32,000 nt of DNA from Idiomarina loihiensis L2TR (GTDB taxonomy: Bacteria > Pseudomonadota > Gammaproteobacteria > Enterobacterales > Alteromonadaceae): contig NC_006512.1 of the NCBI RefSeq assembly GCF_000008465.1, forward strand, positions 2,400,001 through 2,432,000. Reading direction: 5' to 3'. The notes below the pieces were generated by a model, which made no database searches, had not been told where the DNA came from, and saw nothing but the letters and a program-made list of their open reading frames with translations. Position 1 is the stretch's first letter; every line of letters starts with the position of its first letter. Below, piece by piece: positions 10,578-20,363 of this stretch. Made by a program: the position numbers and the translations under genes.

Positions 10578-10637
10578 CGGTACAATATGCAGACAACAAC
10601 TGATTCTAAATAAAAACAATGGTAAGGGAGAACCACC

Positions 10638-12047
10638 ATTATTAAGCGAATAAAAGCACTGGCAAAGCGCGCCTTTTCCAGTAAAGCGGCAGAGCCTGAA
10701 TCCAGCCGGTTACCCAAATTACAAGTTATCTCACGGGACAAACATCCAGTATCCCGCAACGATATCAGTAAAAATGCAATAAAGGTTCTTTACCGCCTGC
10801 ACAACAGTGGTTTTGAAGCCTATCTGGTTGGCGGCTGCATCCGCGATATTCTTCTGGGGCTTGAACCAAAAGATTTTGATGTCACCACTAATGCCACACC
10901 AGAGCAAATTAAGTCCCTATTTCGTAACTGTCGCCTAATTGGTCGTCGCTTCCGCCTGGCCCATGTGGTGTTTGGAAAAGAAGTTATTGAAGTTGCGACT
11001 TTCCGCGGCCACCACGGTGCCAGCCCGCAGGAAGAAAATAAGAAAAACCGCACGGCAGACCAGGACGAGCACGGTCAGCTGGTTCGCGATAATGTCTATG
11101 GCAGCATAGAAGAAGACGCCGAGCGTCGCGACTTTACCGCCAATGCGCTGTATTACAATATCGCTGACTTCGCCATTTACGATTTTGCCAACGGCGTTGA
11201 TGACATTAACGCTGGCATTTTGCGGATGATTGGTGACCCGGAAGTGCGCTACCGTGAAGATCCGGTACGCATGCTTCGCGCCGTTCGCTTTGCCACAAAA
11301 CTGAATATGCAAATGGATAACTCGGTCAGCGGCCCGTTAAAAGAACTTGCGCCGTTACTGATAAACATTCCACCGGCGCGTTTGTTTGACGAATTCCTGA
11401 AAATGTTTATGTCGGGTAAAGCAGAAGCTAACTTCCTGATGATGAAAGATTTCGGACTGTTTCAGCAGTTATTCCCAATGCTGAAAGATTACGTCGCTGA
11501 CGAACAAAGCCCGGCCTACCAAATGATGCTGAAAGCCTTTAAAGACACCGACAGACGCATTGCAGAAGAGCAGCGTGTTACTCCGGCCTATTTAATTGCC
11601 GTGTTGTTGTGGTGGCCATTACAGGCTCGGCGCGAACAACTTGAGAACGAAGGTGGCCTGCCACCTATGGACGCATTAAACGTTGCCGCCGCTGATGTTA
11701 TTCACAGACAGTCGCAACGCGTTTCATTACCCAAACGGTTCAGTCTGCCAGCCAGAGATATCTGGCAGTTACAGCGTCGTTTGAATATCACTAAAGGCGT
11801 ACGCGCTCAAAAAGTGCTTGAGCATAAACGGTTCCGTGCGGCCTACGACTTTTTATTGTTACGCTCTTATGCGGAAAATAGCGATAAAAAATTAGCCGGG
11901 CTGGCAGAGCACTGGAGTAAAGCGCAGGACAACCCGGCGCAATTAAAGTCCTCAAAGCCGGAAGCGGGATCAGGCCGACGCAAACCGCGCCGTCGTCGTG
12001 GTCCACGCCGTAAGCCTCAGGAAAATAAAGGTAATGACGCAACATAA
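10638..12047 (+). CDS. pcnB: Poly(A) polymerase I, inferred AUU start
   Basis: The track ORF (10965..) is N-terminally truncated. The same frame is open from 10626 and encodes conserved PcnB N-terminal sequence (NAIKVLYRLHNSGFEAYLVGGCIRDILLG, DFDVTTNATPEQIKSLFRNCRLIGRRFRLAHV). There is no in-frame ATG, GTG or TTG before 10965. AAGGGAG SD at 10624-10630 lies 7 nt upstream of ATT 10638. E. coli pcnB is known to initiate at AUU. Confidence 0.85.
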   Translation: MIKRIKALAKRAFSSKAAEPESSRLPKLQVISRDKHPVSRNDISKNAIKVLYRLHNSGFEAYLVGGCIRDILLGLEPKDFDVTTNATPEQIKSLFRNCRLIGRRFRLAHVVFGKEVIEVATFRGHHGASPQEENKKNRTADQDEHGQLVRDNVYGSIEEDAERRDFTANALYYNIADFAIYDFANGVDDINAGILRMIGDPEVRYREDPVRMLRAVRFATKLNMQMDNSVSGPLKELAPLLINIPPARLFDEFLKMFMSGKAEANFLMMKDFGLFQQLFPMLKDYVADEQSPAYQMMLKAFKDTDRRIAEEQRVTPAYLIAVLLWWPLQARREQLENEGGLPPMDALNVAAADVIHRQSQRVSLPKRFSLPARDIWQLQRRLNITKGVRAQKVLEHKRFRAAYDFLLLRSYAENSDKKLAGLAEHWSKAQDNPAQLKSSKPEAGSGRRKPRRRRGPRRKPQENKGNDAT

Positions 12048-12540
12048 AGCCTTTATTGCGCTGGGTAGTAACCTGGGTAAGCCGATGGACAATATTCTGT
12101 CGGCTTTAAAGGCGCTGAATAATGATTCTCGCTGGCAACTATTAGCTTATTCCTCTCTTTACGGTAGCAAACCTATGGGCCCGCAAGACCAGCCCGATTA
12201 CGTTAATGCAGTTTGTTCCGTAAGCACTAGCTTACCGGCGGCCGAGCTTTTGCAAGCCTTACACGATATAGAAGATGCTTTTGGTCGTAAACGAGTCAGG
12301 CATTGGGGCGAGCGCACGCTGGACCTGGACCTGCTGCTGTTTGATGAGCAGCAACATCAATCGGACTCTCTCAGGGTTCCTCACCCGGGGTTATATGAAC
12401 GCAGCTTTGTACTTTATCCTTTGGTCGAAATAGCCGCCGACAAACTTTTGCCTAATGGCAATACCGCAAAACAACAAACAGAGACTCTTACCGAAGAGGG
12501 TCTGGACGTGCTAATCTGTCGGTCTGATATAACCATCTAA
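12034..12540 (+). CDS. folK: 2-amino-4-hydroxy-6-hydroxymethyldihydropteridine pyrophosphokinase
   Basis: MTQHKAFIALGSNLG and HWGERTLDLDLLLF match HPPK. ATG 12034 overlaps the pcnB 3' end by 14 nt. The track start at 11998 is an upstream extension inside pcnB. Confidence 0.92.
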   Translation: MTQHKAFIALGSNLGKPMDNILSALKALNNDSRWQLLAYSSLYGSKPMGPQDQPDYVNAVCSVSTSLPAAELLQALHDIEDAFGRKRVRHWGERTLDLDLLLFDEQQHQSDSLRVPHPGLYERSFVLYPLVEIAADKLLPNGNTAKQQTETLTEEGLDVLICRSDITI

Positions 12541-12558
12541 AACTGCTGAAGGTGCGTC

Positions 12559-13359
12559 ATGGCAACAACCAAAACCAGCATTGCAACGTTACAAAAAATG
12601 AAACGGGAAGGAACCAAAATCAGTTCCCTCACCGCCTATGATTCAAGTTTTGCTAAACTCATGACCGAGCAAGGCGTCGACTTTATTCTGGTGGGCGATT
12701 CACTGGGTAATGTTGTGCAGGGACGCGACTCAACTGTACCGGTAACTGTCGATGATATGATTTACCACACTCAGTGTGTGCGTCGAGGTGCCAGCAATGC
12801 CTTTGTTATAGCAGACATGCCATTTATGACTTACAGCACACCCGAGCAAGCCTATGATGTGGCGGCAGCTTTAATGCAGGCAGGTGCCAACATGGTCAAA
12901 CTGGAAGGTGGTCACTGGCTGGTTGAAACCATTGAAGGCTTGAAAACCCGGGGCATTCCGGTGTGCGCTCACCTTGGTTTACTGCCGCAATCGGTTAATG
13001 TTCTTGGTGGTTATAAAGTACAGGGCAAAGAGCAGCAACAGGCCGACGACACACTGAACCAGGCTTTGGCTCTCGAACAGGCCGGCGCGCAATTACTTGT
13101 TCTGGAATGCGTACCCGCGTCTCTGGGTAAACGTATTACCGAGCAGCTATCTATTCCTACTATTGGTATTGGCGCAGGTGCAGACACCGACGGACAAATT
13201 TTGGTTATGCACGATATGCTCGGCATGAACAGTGACTATCTGCCTAAATTTGCCAAAGACTTTTTGGCTCAGGGCGGCTCGCTTGCTGATGCATTCCGTT
13301 TATATTCGGAACAGGTGCGCTCAGGCGAGTTCCCGACAGCAGAGCATAGCTACAAATGA
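12559..13359 (+). CDS. panB: 3-methyl-2-oxobutanoate hydroxymethyltransferase
   Basis: 266 aa, typical KPHMT sequence ([22 protein letters not shown]). ATGA overlap with panC. Confidence 0.96.
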   Translation: MATTKTSIATLQKMKREGTKISSLTAYDSSFAKLMTEQGVDFILVGDSLGNVVQGRDSTVPVTVDDMIYHTQCVRRGASNAFVIADMPFMTYSTPEQAYDVAAALMQAGANMVKLEGGHWLVETIEGLKTRGIPVCAHLGLLPQSVNVLGGYKVQGKEQQQADDTLNQALALEQAGAQLLVLECVPASLGKRITEQLSIPTIGIGAGADTDGQILVMHDMLGMNSDYLPKFAKDFLAQGGSLADAFRLYSEQVRSGEFPTAEHSYK

Positions 13360-14201
13360 GAATTTTAAAATCACTTGCTGAGCTTCGCAGATGGCGTCAA
13401 CAGCAGTCTGAAGTAGCTTTAGTACCGACTATGGGCAACCTGCACGATGGTCACCTGCAGCTGGTTAAAACAGCGTTAGAACGATGCGACAACGTGGTTG
13501 TCAGTATTTTTGTCAACCCGATGCAATTCGGTGCAAACGAGGATCTCGACAGTTACCCACGCACGCTGGAGGCCGACTGCCAGGCGCTGGACGCTTTAGG
13601 TGTTTCTGCGGTATTTACGCCTCAGGTAAATGATGTCTACCCGCGCGGTCTCGACAAACAGACTCGTATTGAAGTGCCCGGCATCAGTGACATTCTTTGC
13701 GGAGCCAGTCGCCCGGGGCATTTCACCGGCGTCGCAACTATTGTTTGTAAACTATTTAATATGGTGCAGCCACAGCTGGCTGTATTTGGCGAAAAAGATT
13801 ATCAACAGCTTCAGGTTATTCGCTTAATGGTACAAGACCTAAGCCTGCCAGTAGAGGTTCTGGGAACAGCCACACAGCGTGAAACCAGTGGTCTTGCCAT
13901 GAGCTCGCGTAACGGTTACTTATCCACAGAGCAAAAGCATCAAGCGGCGGAGCTTTATAAAACTCTGGAAGAAACCAAAGCTAAACTGAGTGTAAACACT
14001 GACTTTGGTGAGCTGGAAGCTGCAGCAAAAGAAAAGCTGACCCAGGCGGGGTTTGTGCCGGATTATTTCAGTATTCGTAACGCAGCAGATTTGCAGGAAG
14101 CGACGCCTGAAGACCACGAATGGGTCATTCTGGCAGCCGCTTTTATGGGCAAAACACGCTTAATTGATAACTTACGAGTTACCAACGCAGCGGCTAAATA
14201 A
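13356..14201 (+). CDS. panC: Pantoate--beta-alanine ligase
   Basis: 281 aa with [10 protein letters not shown] and FGEKDYQQL motifs. Translationally coupled to panB. Confidence 0.96.
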   Translation: MRILKSLAELRRWRQQQSEVALVPTMGNLHDGHLQLVKTALERCDNVVVSIFVNPMQFGANEDLDSYPRTLEADCQALDALGVSAVFTPQVNDVYPRGLDKQTRIEVPGISDILCGASRPGHFTGVATIVCKLFNMVQPQLAVFGEKDYQQLQVIRLMVQDLSLPVEVLGTATQRETSGLAMSSRNGYLSTEQKHQAAELYKTLEETKAKLSVNTDFGELEAAAKEKLTQAGFVPDYFSIRNAADLQEATPEDHEWVILAAAFMGKTRLIDNLRVTNAAAK

Positions 14202-15843
14202 GCATACCCAGTTCGCGCATTTCAGTATGCAGAGCGCCACGCAAACTGGTGGCTTTTGCCGCAATTTTACGCTGTTCGCATAAAACTTCCTGCAGCATCT
14301 CATTGGTTGTTAATGGGTTTGCCAACACCACGCGGAAAACCACCGTTGGTTCATGATGATATTGAGCCGGTGTTAACTTAGTCCGGGATACAAATGACTG
14401 TCCCGTCTCCCGCTGACGCTTCTGAATATATCGCGTCAGTGCGTTTAAGTGCGGCGTCAAGCGCGCCAGCTGCTCTGGCGTCGCTTTATCCAACACCGTT
14501 TTTACTTTGATTGGTACAAAACGATAGGTCAGAATACAAAGTTCAGGCTCAGTAATGACTTCAAAGTCATCCTGCTCAGAAATCAGCTTAGAGAAATAAC
14601 GTGCTTTATCAATACTGTTATTAATCAGCAGCTCGTAACCACGGCGACCGATAACATGCATGGCCGAAAACACCATCATAGCCATGCCCGCGCGTGAGCC
14701 TTCCATGGTATGCGAACCTAAATCTTTCGAGCCCTGACGAATAATATACTCGGCATGGTACTCTATGGACTTAACCAATGCCGGATTCTTAAATAACACC
14801 AGCCCAGCGCCCATAGGGACATACATTTGCTTATGCGCATCAATAGTGACACTGTCGGCTCTCTCGATACCGGCCAGTAACGGACGATGCTGTTCAGACA
14901 ATAACGTCGCACCACCCCACGCGGCGTCTACATGAAAGTGAGCATCCACTTCTTCTGCAACAGTCGCCATTTCGTCGAGCGGATCAATGTGGCCGGTTTC
15001 TGTTGTACCAGCGACACCAACCAGCGCAAGCACCTTACCGCCCTCTTTTGCAATTTTTTCGCAGGTTTTTCGTAATTCATCAATACGAATACGGTTATCG
15101 CTGTCTGTTGCCACCGACACTAAATTTCGGCGACCAATACCAAGTACATCCGCAGCTTTACTTAATGAATAGTGCCCACGCTCGGACACCACTACAGTTA
15201 ACTTTGAGTAGCCATAATGCTGAAGACCTGCGGCCAGTCCATCGGCTGAAATGCCCGCGAAATCACCATCTGCCTGTAACAACCGGTTGCGCGCTACCCA
15301 CAGAGCCGTCATGTTGGCTATGGTTCCGCCCGAGCAAAAAGCTCCCAGCGAGTGCTGAGCGCTGTGCATCCAGCGATTATAAAACGGCGCGTCCTGCTGA
15401 TACACCAGATGATGCATCATGCCAATAACGTTACGCTCCAGCGGCGTAAAGGCTTTAGAGGTCTCAATTTTAACCAGATTCTGATTCAGCCCCACCATAA
15501 GCTTAGCTAAAGGCAGCAGGAAATACGGCAAGGCTGATGTCATATGGCCGATAAAACGCGGCGACGCCGTATGCACCGAATGAGCGACCAGCTTATCCAA
15601 CAGAAATTCAGTATGGTCGGAAACAAAAGCGGGTTCTTCTGGTATCTGCGACTTATCGAAGTCACGCTCAATTTCCTGCAGCGGCTTTTCGCGGGCAACA
15701 ATATGTTCCCCCAGAAAACCCATCAGGTTTTCTGAGAGATGCTTTTCGATTTTACCCAGCGTTGAATCAGGAGCCTCGGGTATCGTAAATATGCGATACA
15801 GCGATTCCTGATTTACTTCCGCTATGTCTGTTTTAGGGCTCAA
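14194..15843 (-). CDS. panP: PLP-dependent group II decarboxylase, probably aspartate 1-decarboxylase PanP
   Basis: 549 aa with a Pyridoxal_deC-type sequence and the PLP lysine motif SVTIDAHK. It sits next to panBC with no pyruvoyl-type panD in the window. TTG start at 15843, preceded by AAGGAG with 6-nt spacing. The CDS is solid; the PanP assignment rests on context and family memory. Confidence 0.7.
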   Translation of the reverse strand: MSPKTDIAEVNQESLYRIFTIPEAPDSTLGKIEKHLSENLMGFLGEHIVAREKPLQEIERDFDKSQIPEEPAFVSDHTEFLLDKLVAHSVHTASPRFIGHMTSALPYFLLPLAKLMVGLNQNLVKIETSKAFTPLERNVIGMMHHLVYQQDAPFYNRWMHSAQHSLGAFCSGGTIANMTALWVARNRLLQADGDFAGISADGLAAGLQHYGYSKLTVVVSERGHYSLSKAADVLGIGRRNLVSVATDSDNRIRIDELRKTCEKIAKEGGKVLALVGVAGTTETGHIDPLDEMATVAEEVDAHFHVDAAWGGATLLSEQHRPLLAGIERADSVTIDAHKQMYVPMGAGLVLFKNPALVKSIEYHAEYIIRQGSKDLGSHTMEGSRAGMAMMVFSAMHVIGRRGYELLINNSIDKARYFSKLISEQDDFEVITEPELCILTYRFVPIKVKTVLDKATPEQLARLTPHLNALTRYIQKRQRETGQSFVSRTKLTPAQYHHEPTVVFRVVLANPLTTNEMLQEVLCEQRKIAAKATSLRGALHTEMRELGMLI

Positions 15844-16518
15844 TCAAGACTCCTTAGATAAATTCGCGTGCAGTTGCCATAAAGCCTGACCGCTGTTCTT
15901 ATATTTGCGTTCAAAAGGCGTTATTGGCTCAGCGTCATCGGACAACAGTGAGATATCGGCATAATATCCGCTCACCTTAAGTGCCTGCGCCACCTCTAAC
16001 AAGTATAGGCTCCAATTAGAACGCATATGCAATTCACCGCCAAGCGCAACCACATCTTTCCATACCGGACTACCATGCCAGCGGCGGGCTAAATGAGCCG
16101 ATTTAGGCCAGGGGTTTGGGTAAAAAATGCAGTGCTGCCGGGGCCGCCATCCGGCTCTGTTCGCCAACCGCCAGAAATCATTCAGGTCGGCTCTTACCAC
16201 CCAGTACCGCTGACCATTCTCGCTGGTCTGATAATGGCTGTGACGGTCCACCCGATGCGCCGACTTATCAACGCCGATAACCATAGCATCGGAATGAATT
16301 TCTGCCAGTTTTGCAGTACTTTCACCCACGCCGCAGCAGGAATCTAGAATAATCGGCCCACCCCAGCTTTCAACCTGCGCGTTGATTTCGTCAAACGCCT
16401 GCTGGTTGTGCTCCTGAATAGGTTTCAAAAACTCACTTTCTAAATGGCGACGGACTGCTGCTTCAGTGTCTTCATGCGGTCCATTCTGGTTAGTTGTAAC
16501 CGGTCTTGCCTGCTGCAT
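15844..16518 (-). CDS. TrmB-family (tRNA guanine-N7 methyltransferase-like) SAM-dependent methyltransferase
   Basis: 224 aa. SAM motif ILDSCCGVGEST, and TrmB-like motifs YPNPWPK and TPFERKY. Divergent from canonical TrmB elsewhere. Its start overlaps the yadH stop (TGATG). Confidence 0.75.
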   Translation of the reverse strand: MQQARPVTTNQNGPHEDTEAAVRRHLESEFLKPIQEHNQQAFDEINAQVESWGGPIILDSCCGVGESTAKLAEIHSDAMVIGVDKSAHRVDRHSHYQTSENGQRYWVVRADLNDFWRLANRAGWRPRQHCIFYPNPWPKSAHLARRWHGSPVWKDVVALGGELHMRSNWSLYLLEVAQALKVSGYYADISLLSDDAEPITPFERKYKNSGQALWQLHANLSKES

Positions 16519-17297
16519 CAGGAGCGGATTCCTATGCCTTTATCGAGAATATAGTAAGCCGCCGCAAAGAACAGCACATTGAAGCCCACCAGAACCGCTA
16601 TGGCAAGACCTATACTCACGTCTGACTGGCCTAAGAAACCATAACGAAAGCCATTAACCATGTACAATACCGGGTTTGCCATAGATACTTTCTGCCAGAA
16701 TTCCGGCAACAGACTGACCGAGTAAAACACACCGCCTAAGTAGGTTAGCGGCGTCAGTACGAATGTCGGTACGATAGAAATATCGTCAAAGGTTTTGCCG
16801 TAAACGGCATTAATTAACCCGCCCAGACAGAAAAGTGTGGAGGTTAAAATGACGGTTAATATGACATAACCAATATGAGCAATTTGGATGTCTTCTACAA
16901 AGAAAAAAGACACACAAGTGACAATAACCGCGACGATCAACGCTCTGGCCATACCGCCACCGACATAACCGGCAATAATAACTGCGGTAGGAACAGGGGA
17001 CACCAGCATCTCTTCGATATTGCGCTGAAACTTAGCACTAAAAAAAGACGACGCGACATTAGAATAGGAGTTAGTAATAACGGACATCATAATAAGGCCC
17101 GGAACAATGAACTCCATGTAGCCGACGCCACTCATTTCACCAATTCGTTCGCCCACAATGCTACCGAAAATGACGAAGTACAGCGTCATGGTAATAGCCG
17201 GCGGCACCAGAGTTTGTATCCAAATACGAAGAAAGCGGGTGCACTCTTTTATCCAGATGGTTTTTAACGCAATAAAATTAGCTGCGGAATGGCTCAT
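16518..17297 (-). CDS. yadH: ABC-2 type transporter permease
   Basis: 259 aa with 6 predicted TM helices. Strongly colinear with E. coli YadH as remembered (IWIQTLVPPAITMTLYF, FIVPGLIMMSVITNSY, TFVLTPLTYLGGVFYS). ATGA overlap with yadG. Confidence 0.9.
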   Translation of the reverse strand: MSHSAANFIALKTIWIKECTRFLRIWIQTLVPPAITMTLYFVIFGSIVGERIGEMSGVGYMEFIVPGLIMMSVITNSYSNVASSFFSAKFQRNIEEMLVSPVPTAVIIAGYVGGGMARALIVAVIVTCVSFFFVEDIQIAHIGYVILTVILTSTLFCLGGLINAVYGKTFDDISIVPTFVLTPLTYLGGVFYSVSLLPEFWQKVSMANPVLYMVNGFRYGFLGQSDVSIGLAIAVLVGFNVLFFAAAYYILDKGIGIRS

Positions 17298-18223
17298 TTG
17301 GCTTCCTCCTGCTGACGCCCCTGCTCGACCATAGACACAAACAATTCCTCTAAACGGTTGGCTTTATTACGCATTGACAATACTTTTACTTTTTGGGCAG
17401 AAAGCTGCTCGAACACGGCGTTCAGCCCGGCATTTTTATCAACTTCCACTTCCAGTGTCTGCTCATCTGTCCAACGGTGATTAAAGTTCTCTATTTCTGC
17501 GCCGTTATGGCCCGGCTCTAAATCTAAGACAAAGGTTTCCCGGCTTAGCTGCGCCAGCAAGCGCTTCATTGACGTGTTTTCAATAATCCGGCCACTATCA
17601 ATAATACCGATGTTACGGCACAGCGTTTCGGCCTCTTCCAGATAGTGGGTGGTCAGAATAATGGTAATACCCTGCTGGTTAATCTTGGTCAGGTAGTCCC
17701 ACATAGAGCGGCGCAATTCGATATCAACGCCTGCCGTTGGCTCATCCAGAATCAGTAATTTAGGTTCATGAAGTAATGCGCGGGCTATCATCAAGCGGCG
17801 TTTCATGCCTCCAGACAAAGAGCGTGCCGGTTCATTGCGCTTATCCCATAACCCCAACTGTTTCAGGTATTTTTCAGAACGTTCCTTAGCCAGCGAGCGA
17901 GGAACACCATAGTAACCCGCCTGATTCACGACAATTTGCTGAACCGTTTCAAACTGATTGAAGTTAAATTCCTGCGGCACCAAACCAATCTGGCGTTTTA
18001 AATCGGTGAGCTGCGTGTCTAAGTCGTAACCAAATACCTTCACCTGACCTGAAGTTTTATTTACCAGCGATGAAATAATTCCGATGGTGGTCGACTTCCC
18101 GGCTCCATTAGGGCCAAGCAGTGCATAGAAATCACCTTCTTCAACCTCTAAATCAATACCTTTTAAGGCTTCAAAACCACCACGGTATGTTTTGCGTAAG
18201 CCTGTAATTTCTAAAGCTTTCAT
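17294..18223 (-). CDS. yadG: ABC transporter ATP-binding protein
   Basis: 309 aa. Walker A GPNGAGKST, signature LSGGMKRR, Walker B LLILDEPT. Long blocks match E. coli YadG as remembered (TIGIISSLVNKTSG, VPQEFNFNQFETVQQIVVNQAGYYG). Confidence 0.92.
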   Translation of the reverse strand: MKALEITGLRKTYRGGFEALKGIDLEVEEGDFYALLGPNGAGKSTTIGIISSLVNKTSGQVKVFGYDLDTQLTDLKRQIGLVPQEFNFNQFETVQQIVVNQAGYYGVPRSLAKERSEKYLKQLGLWDKRNEPARSLSGGMKRRLMIARALLHEPKLLILDEPTAGVDIELRRSMWDYLTKINQQGITIILTTHYLEEAETLCRNIGIIDSGRIIENTSMKRLLAQLSRETFVLDLEPGHNGAEIENFNHRWTDEQTLEVEVDKNAGLNAVFEQLSAQKVKVLSMRNKANRLEELFVSMVEQGRQQEEAK

Positions 18224-18231
18224 AGACCTCT

Positions 18232-18852
18232 TTATGACTCCTTTCCATAGCCCCAGCGACTGACTAAACGCTGCTCAAGGCCAAGATGATCCAGCATTCT
18301 GGCCACCATAAAATCGATTAAATCATCAATACTTTCTGGTTGATGATAGAAGCCCGGCGCTGCCGGCATTATCGTTACGCCCTGCTGACTTAGTTGCAGC
18401 ATGTTCTGTAAGTGGATTGTCGAAAGCGGAGACTCCCTCGGAACTAAAATTAATTGTCCGCGCTCCTTCAATACGACATCGGCGGCGCGCTCGATCAACG
18501 TATTACTACTGCCATGCGCAATTGACGACAAGGTACTGGTTGAACAAGGGCACACCACCATTTTCGCGGGCGCCGCTGAACCCGAAGCCACCGGCGAAAA
18601 CCATTCTTCTTTGCCGTAAACTTTGAGTTGCTCAGCACCAACCGAAAAGTGTTCACACAGCATTGCCGCTGCTTTGTCAGGAGCTGCCGGAATTTGCATG
18701 CCCTGCTCCGTTGCCAATACGACCCGGGCAGCACTGGAAATTAGCAACATCACCTGTTGATCCTGATCAAGCAAACATTGTAACAAACGCAGCGCGTAAG
18801 GGGCACCCGAGGCACCGGTTATCGCAACAGTAATTCTATTGTCGGTTTTCAT
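18232..18852 (-). CDS. ubiX: Flavin prenyltransferase UbiX
   Basis: 206 aa with [15 protein letters not shown] and AADVVLKER motifs typical of UbiX/Pad1. Confidence 0.93.
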   Translation of the reverse strand: MKTDNRITVAITGASGAPYALRLLQCLLDQDQQVMLLISSAARVVLATEQGMQIPAAPDKAAAMLCEHFSVGAEQLKVYGKEEWFSPVASGSAAPAKMVVCPCSTSTLSSIAHGSSNTLIERAADVVLKERGQLILVPRESPLSTIHLQNMLQLSQQGVTIMPAAPGFYHQPESIDDLIDFMVARMLDHLGLEQRLVSRWGYGKES

Positions 18853-18875
18853 TGAACGGTTCCTGTGTCATCCAG

Positions 18876-20213
18876 TTATTGCAAGGCTTTAAGAAAGCGC
18901 TGGTGCAAACCATCAAAGCTGCCATTACTCATAATAAGTACGGCGTCTCCGGCTCTGACTTCGGCTAGCAACCCTGCCAGCAAGTCGTCGGTCGACTCAA
19001 ACACATGCGCCTTGGGCATTTTTTCGGCCAATTGCCATTTTAGCCCTTCGGGCTGCAATACGAATACATTGTCTGCGTCTTCCAATGACTGAACCAAGGT
19101 GTCGCTGTGGACGCCCATTTTCATGGTATTTGAGCGCGGTTCAAGTACCGCAATAATGCGACTGTCAGGCTGATGCTGCCGCAAACCGGATACGGTTGTC
19201 TTAATCGCGCTGGGGTGGTGAGCAAAATCATCAAAGACTTTTACGCCGCGGTGCTCGCCCAGTAACTCCATACGTCGTTTGGGACTTCTAAAACGGTTTA
19301 ACGCCTGCGCACTCTGCTCAGCTTTTATGCCAACATGGGCGGCGGCGATAATGGCCATCATGGCATTATTAACGTTATGAGTACCCAATACGTTCCAGCT
19401 AACCTGCGCAATACACTTGCTCTGATAATGCACTTCGAACTCCGTACCGTCAGTTTTAAGCAATTTTGTCTGCCAGTCGCCCTGCTCACCCATACGTACC
19501 ACCGGACTCCAGCAGCCTTGCCCCAGAACTTCATCCAGTGCTTTATCGCCCGCGGGTAGAATCACCTGACCGGTGTCGGGAACAACCCGCAGCAAATGCG
19601 CAAACTGCCGTTGAATAGCGGCTAAATCAGGGAAGATGTCTGCATGATCAAATTCCAGATTATTCAGAATTAACGTATCTGGTGCATAATGAACAAACTT
19701 GGATCGTTTATCAAAAAACGCCGTATCGTACTCATCGGCTTCAATCACAAAAAAGTTGGAGTCGGTTAAACGTGCACTGACCGGAAAGTTCCCCGGTACA
19801 CCTCCAATCATAAAACCGGGGTCGAATCCGTTGTCTTCTAAGATCCAGGCCAGCATACTCGCGGTGGTGGTTTTGCCGTGAGTTCCGGCAACCGCCAATA
19901 CCCAGCGCTGGGTTAATACGTTGTCGTGCAGCCATTGCGCGCCGGACACATACGGAATGCGCTCGCGTAAAACCGCTTCAACTTCGTCGTTACCACGGCT
20001 TAACGCGTTACCGATAATCACTATGTCGGGGCGTGGCTTTAAATTGTTATGCGAGTAGCCCTGCATCAATTCAATACCGAGATTTTCCAGTTGCGTGCTC
20101 ATGGGCGGATAGACCTTAGCATCAGACCCGGTTACCCGATGACCAATTTGCTGCGCAATGGCGGCCACGCCTCCCATAAAAGTTCCGCAAATCCCAACAA
20201 TATGAATGTGCAT
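18876..20213 (-). CDS. mpl: UDP-N-acetylmuramate:L-alanyl-gamma-D-glutamyl-meso-diaminopimelate ligase
   Basis: 445 aa. MHIHIVGICGTFMGG, AVAGTHGKTTT and NLEFDHADIF are colinear with E. coli Mpl. Divergent from fbp, as in E. coli. Confidence 0.95.
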   Translation of the reverse strand: MHIHIVGICGTFMGGVAAIAQQIGHRVTGSDAKVYPPMSTQLENLGIELMQGYSHNNLKPRPDIVIIGNALSRGNDEVEAVLRERIPYVSGAQWLHDNVLTQRWVLAVAGTHGKTTTASMLAWILEDNGFDPGFMIGGVPGNFPVSARLTDSNFFVIEADEYDTAFFDKRSKFVHYAPDTLILNNLEFDHADIFPDLAAIQRQFAHLLRVVPDTGQVILPAGDKALDEVLGQGCWSPVVRMGEQGDWQTKLLKTDGTEFEVHYQSKCIAQVSWNVLGTHNVNNAMMAIIAAAHVGIKAEQSAQALNRFRSPKRRMELLGEHRGVKVFDDFAHHPSAIKTTVSGLRQHQPDSRIIAVLEPRSNTMKMGVHSDTLVQSLEDADNVFVLQPEGLKWQLAEKMPKAHVFESTDDLLAGLLAEVRAGDAVLIMSNGSFDGLHQRFLKALQ

Positions 20214-20363
20214 GTGCTCTCTAAATCCGTTCGCTTTAAAAATACCGAAAGTGTACCACCGTACTCACTGACAAGCAGGATTTTTACCAAAAAATAAGGT
20301 ATCATTTGCGCTCTCTGAACAAACATTTGTTAGCACCCAATAACCAGAGCTGCAGGAACTTTC

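Noticed and set aside
10965-12047. pcnB as given in the ORF track (GTG 10965, 360 aa).
   Set aside because: The same frame upstream encodes about 109 further residues of conserved PcnB head-domain sequence, so the 10965 start would delete catalytic-domain residues.
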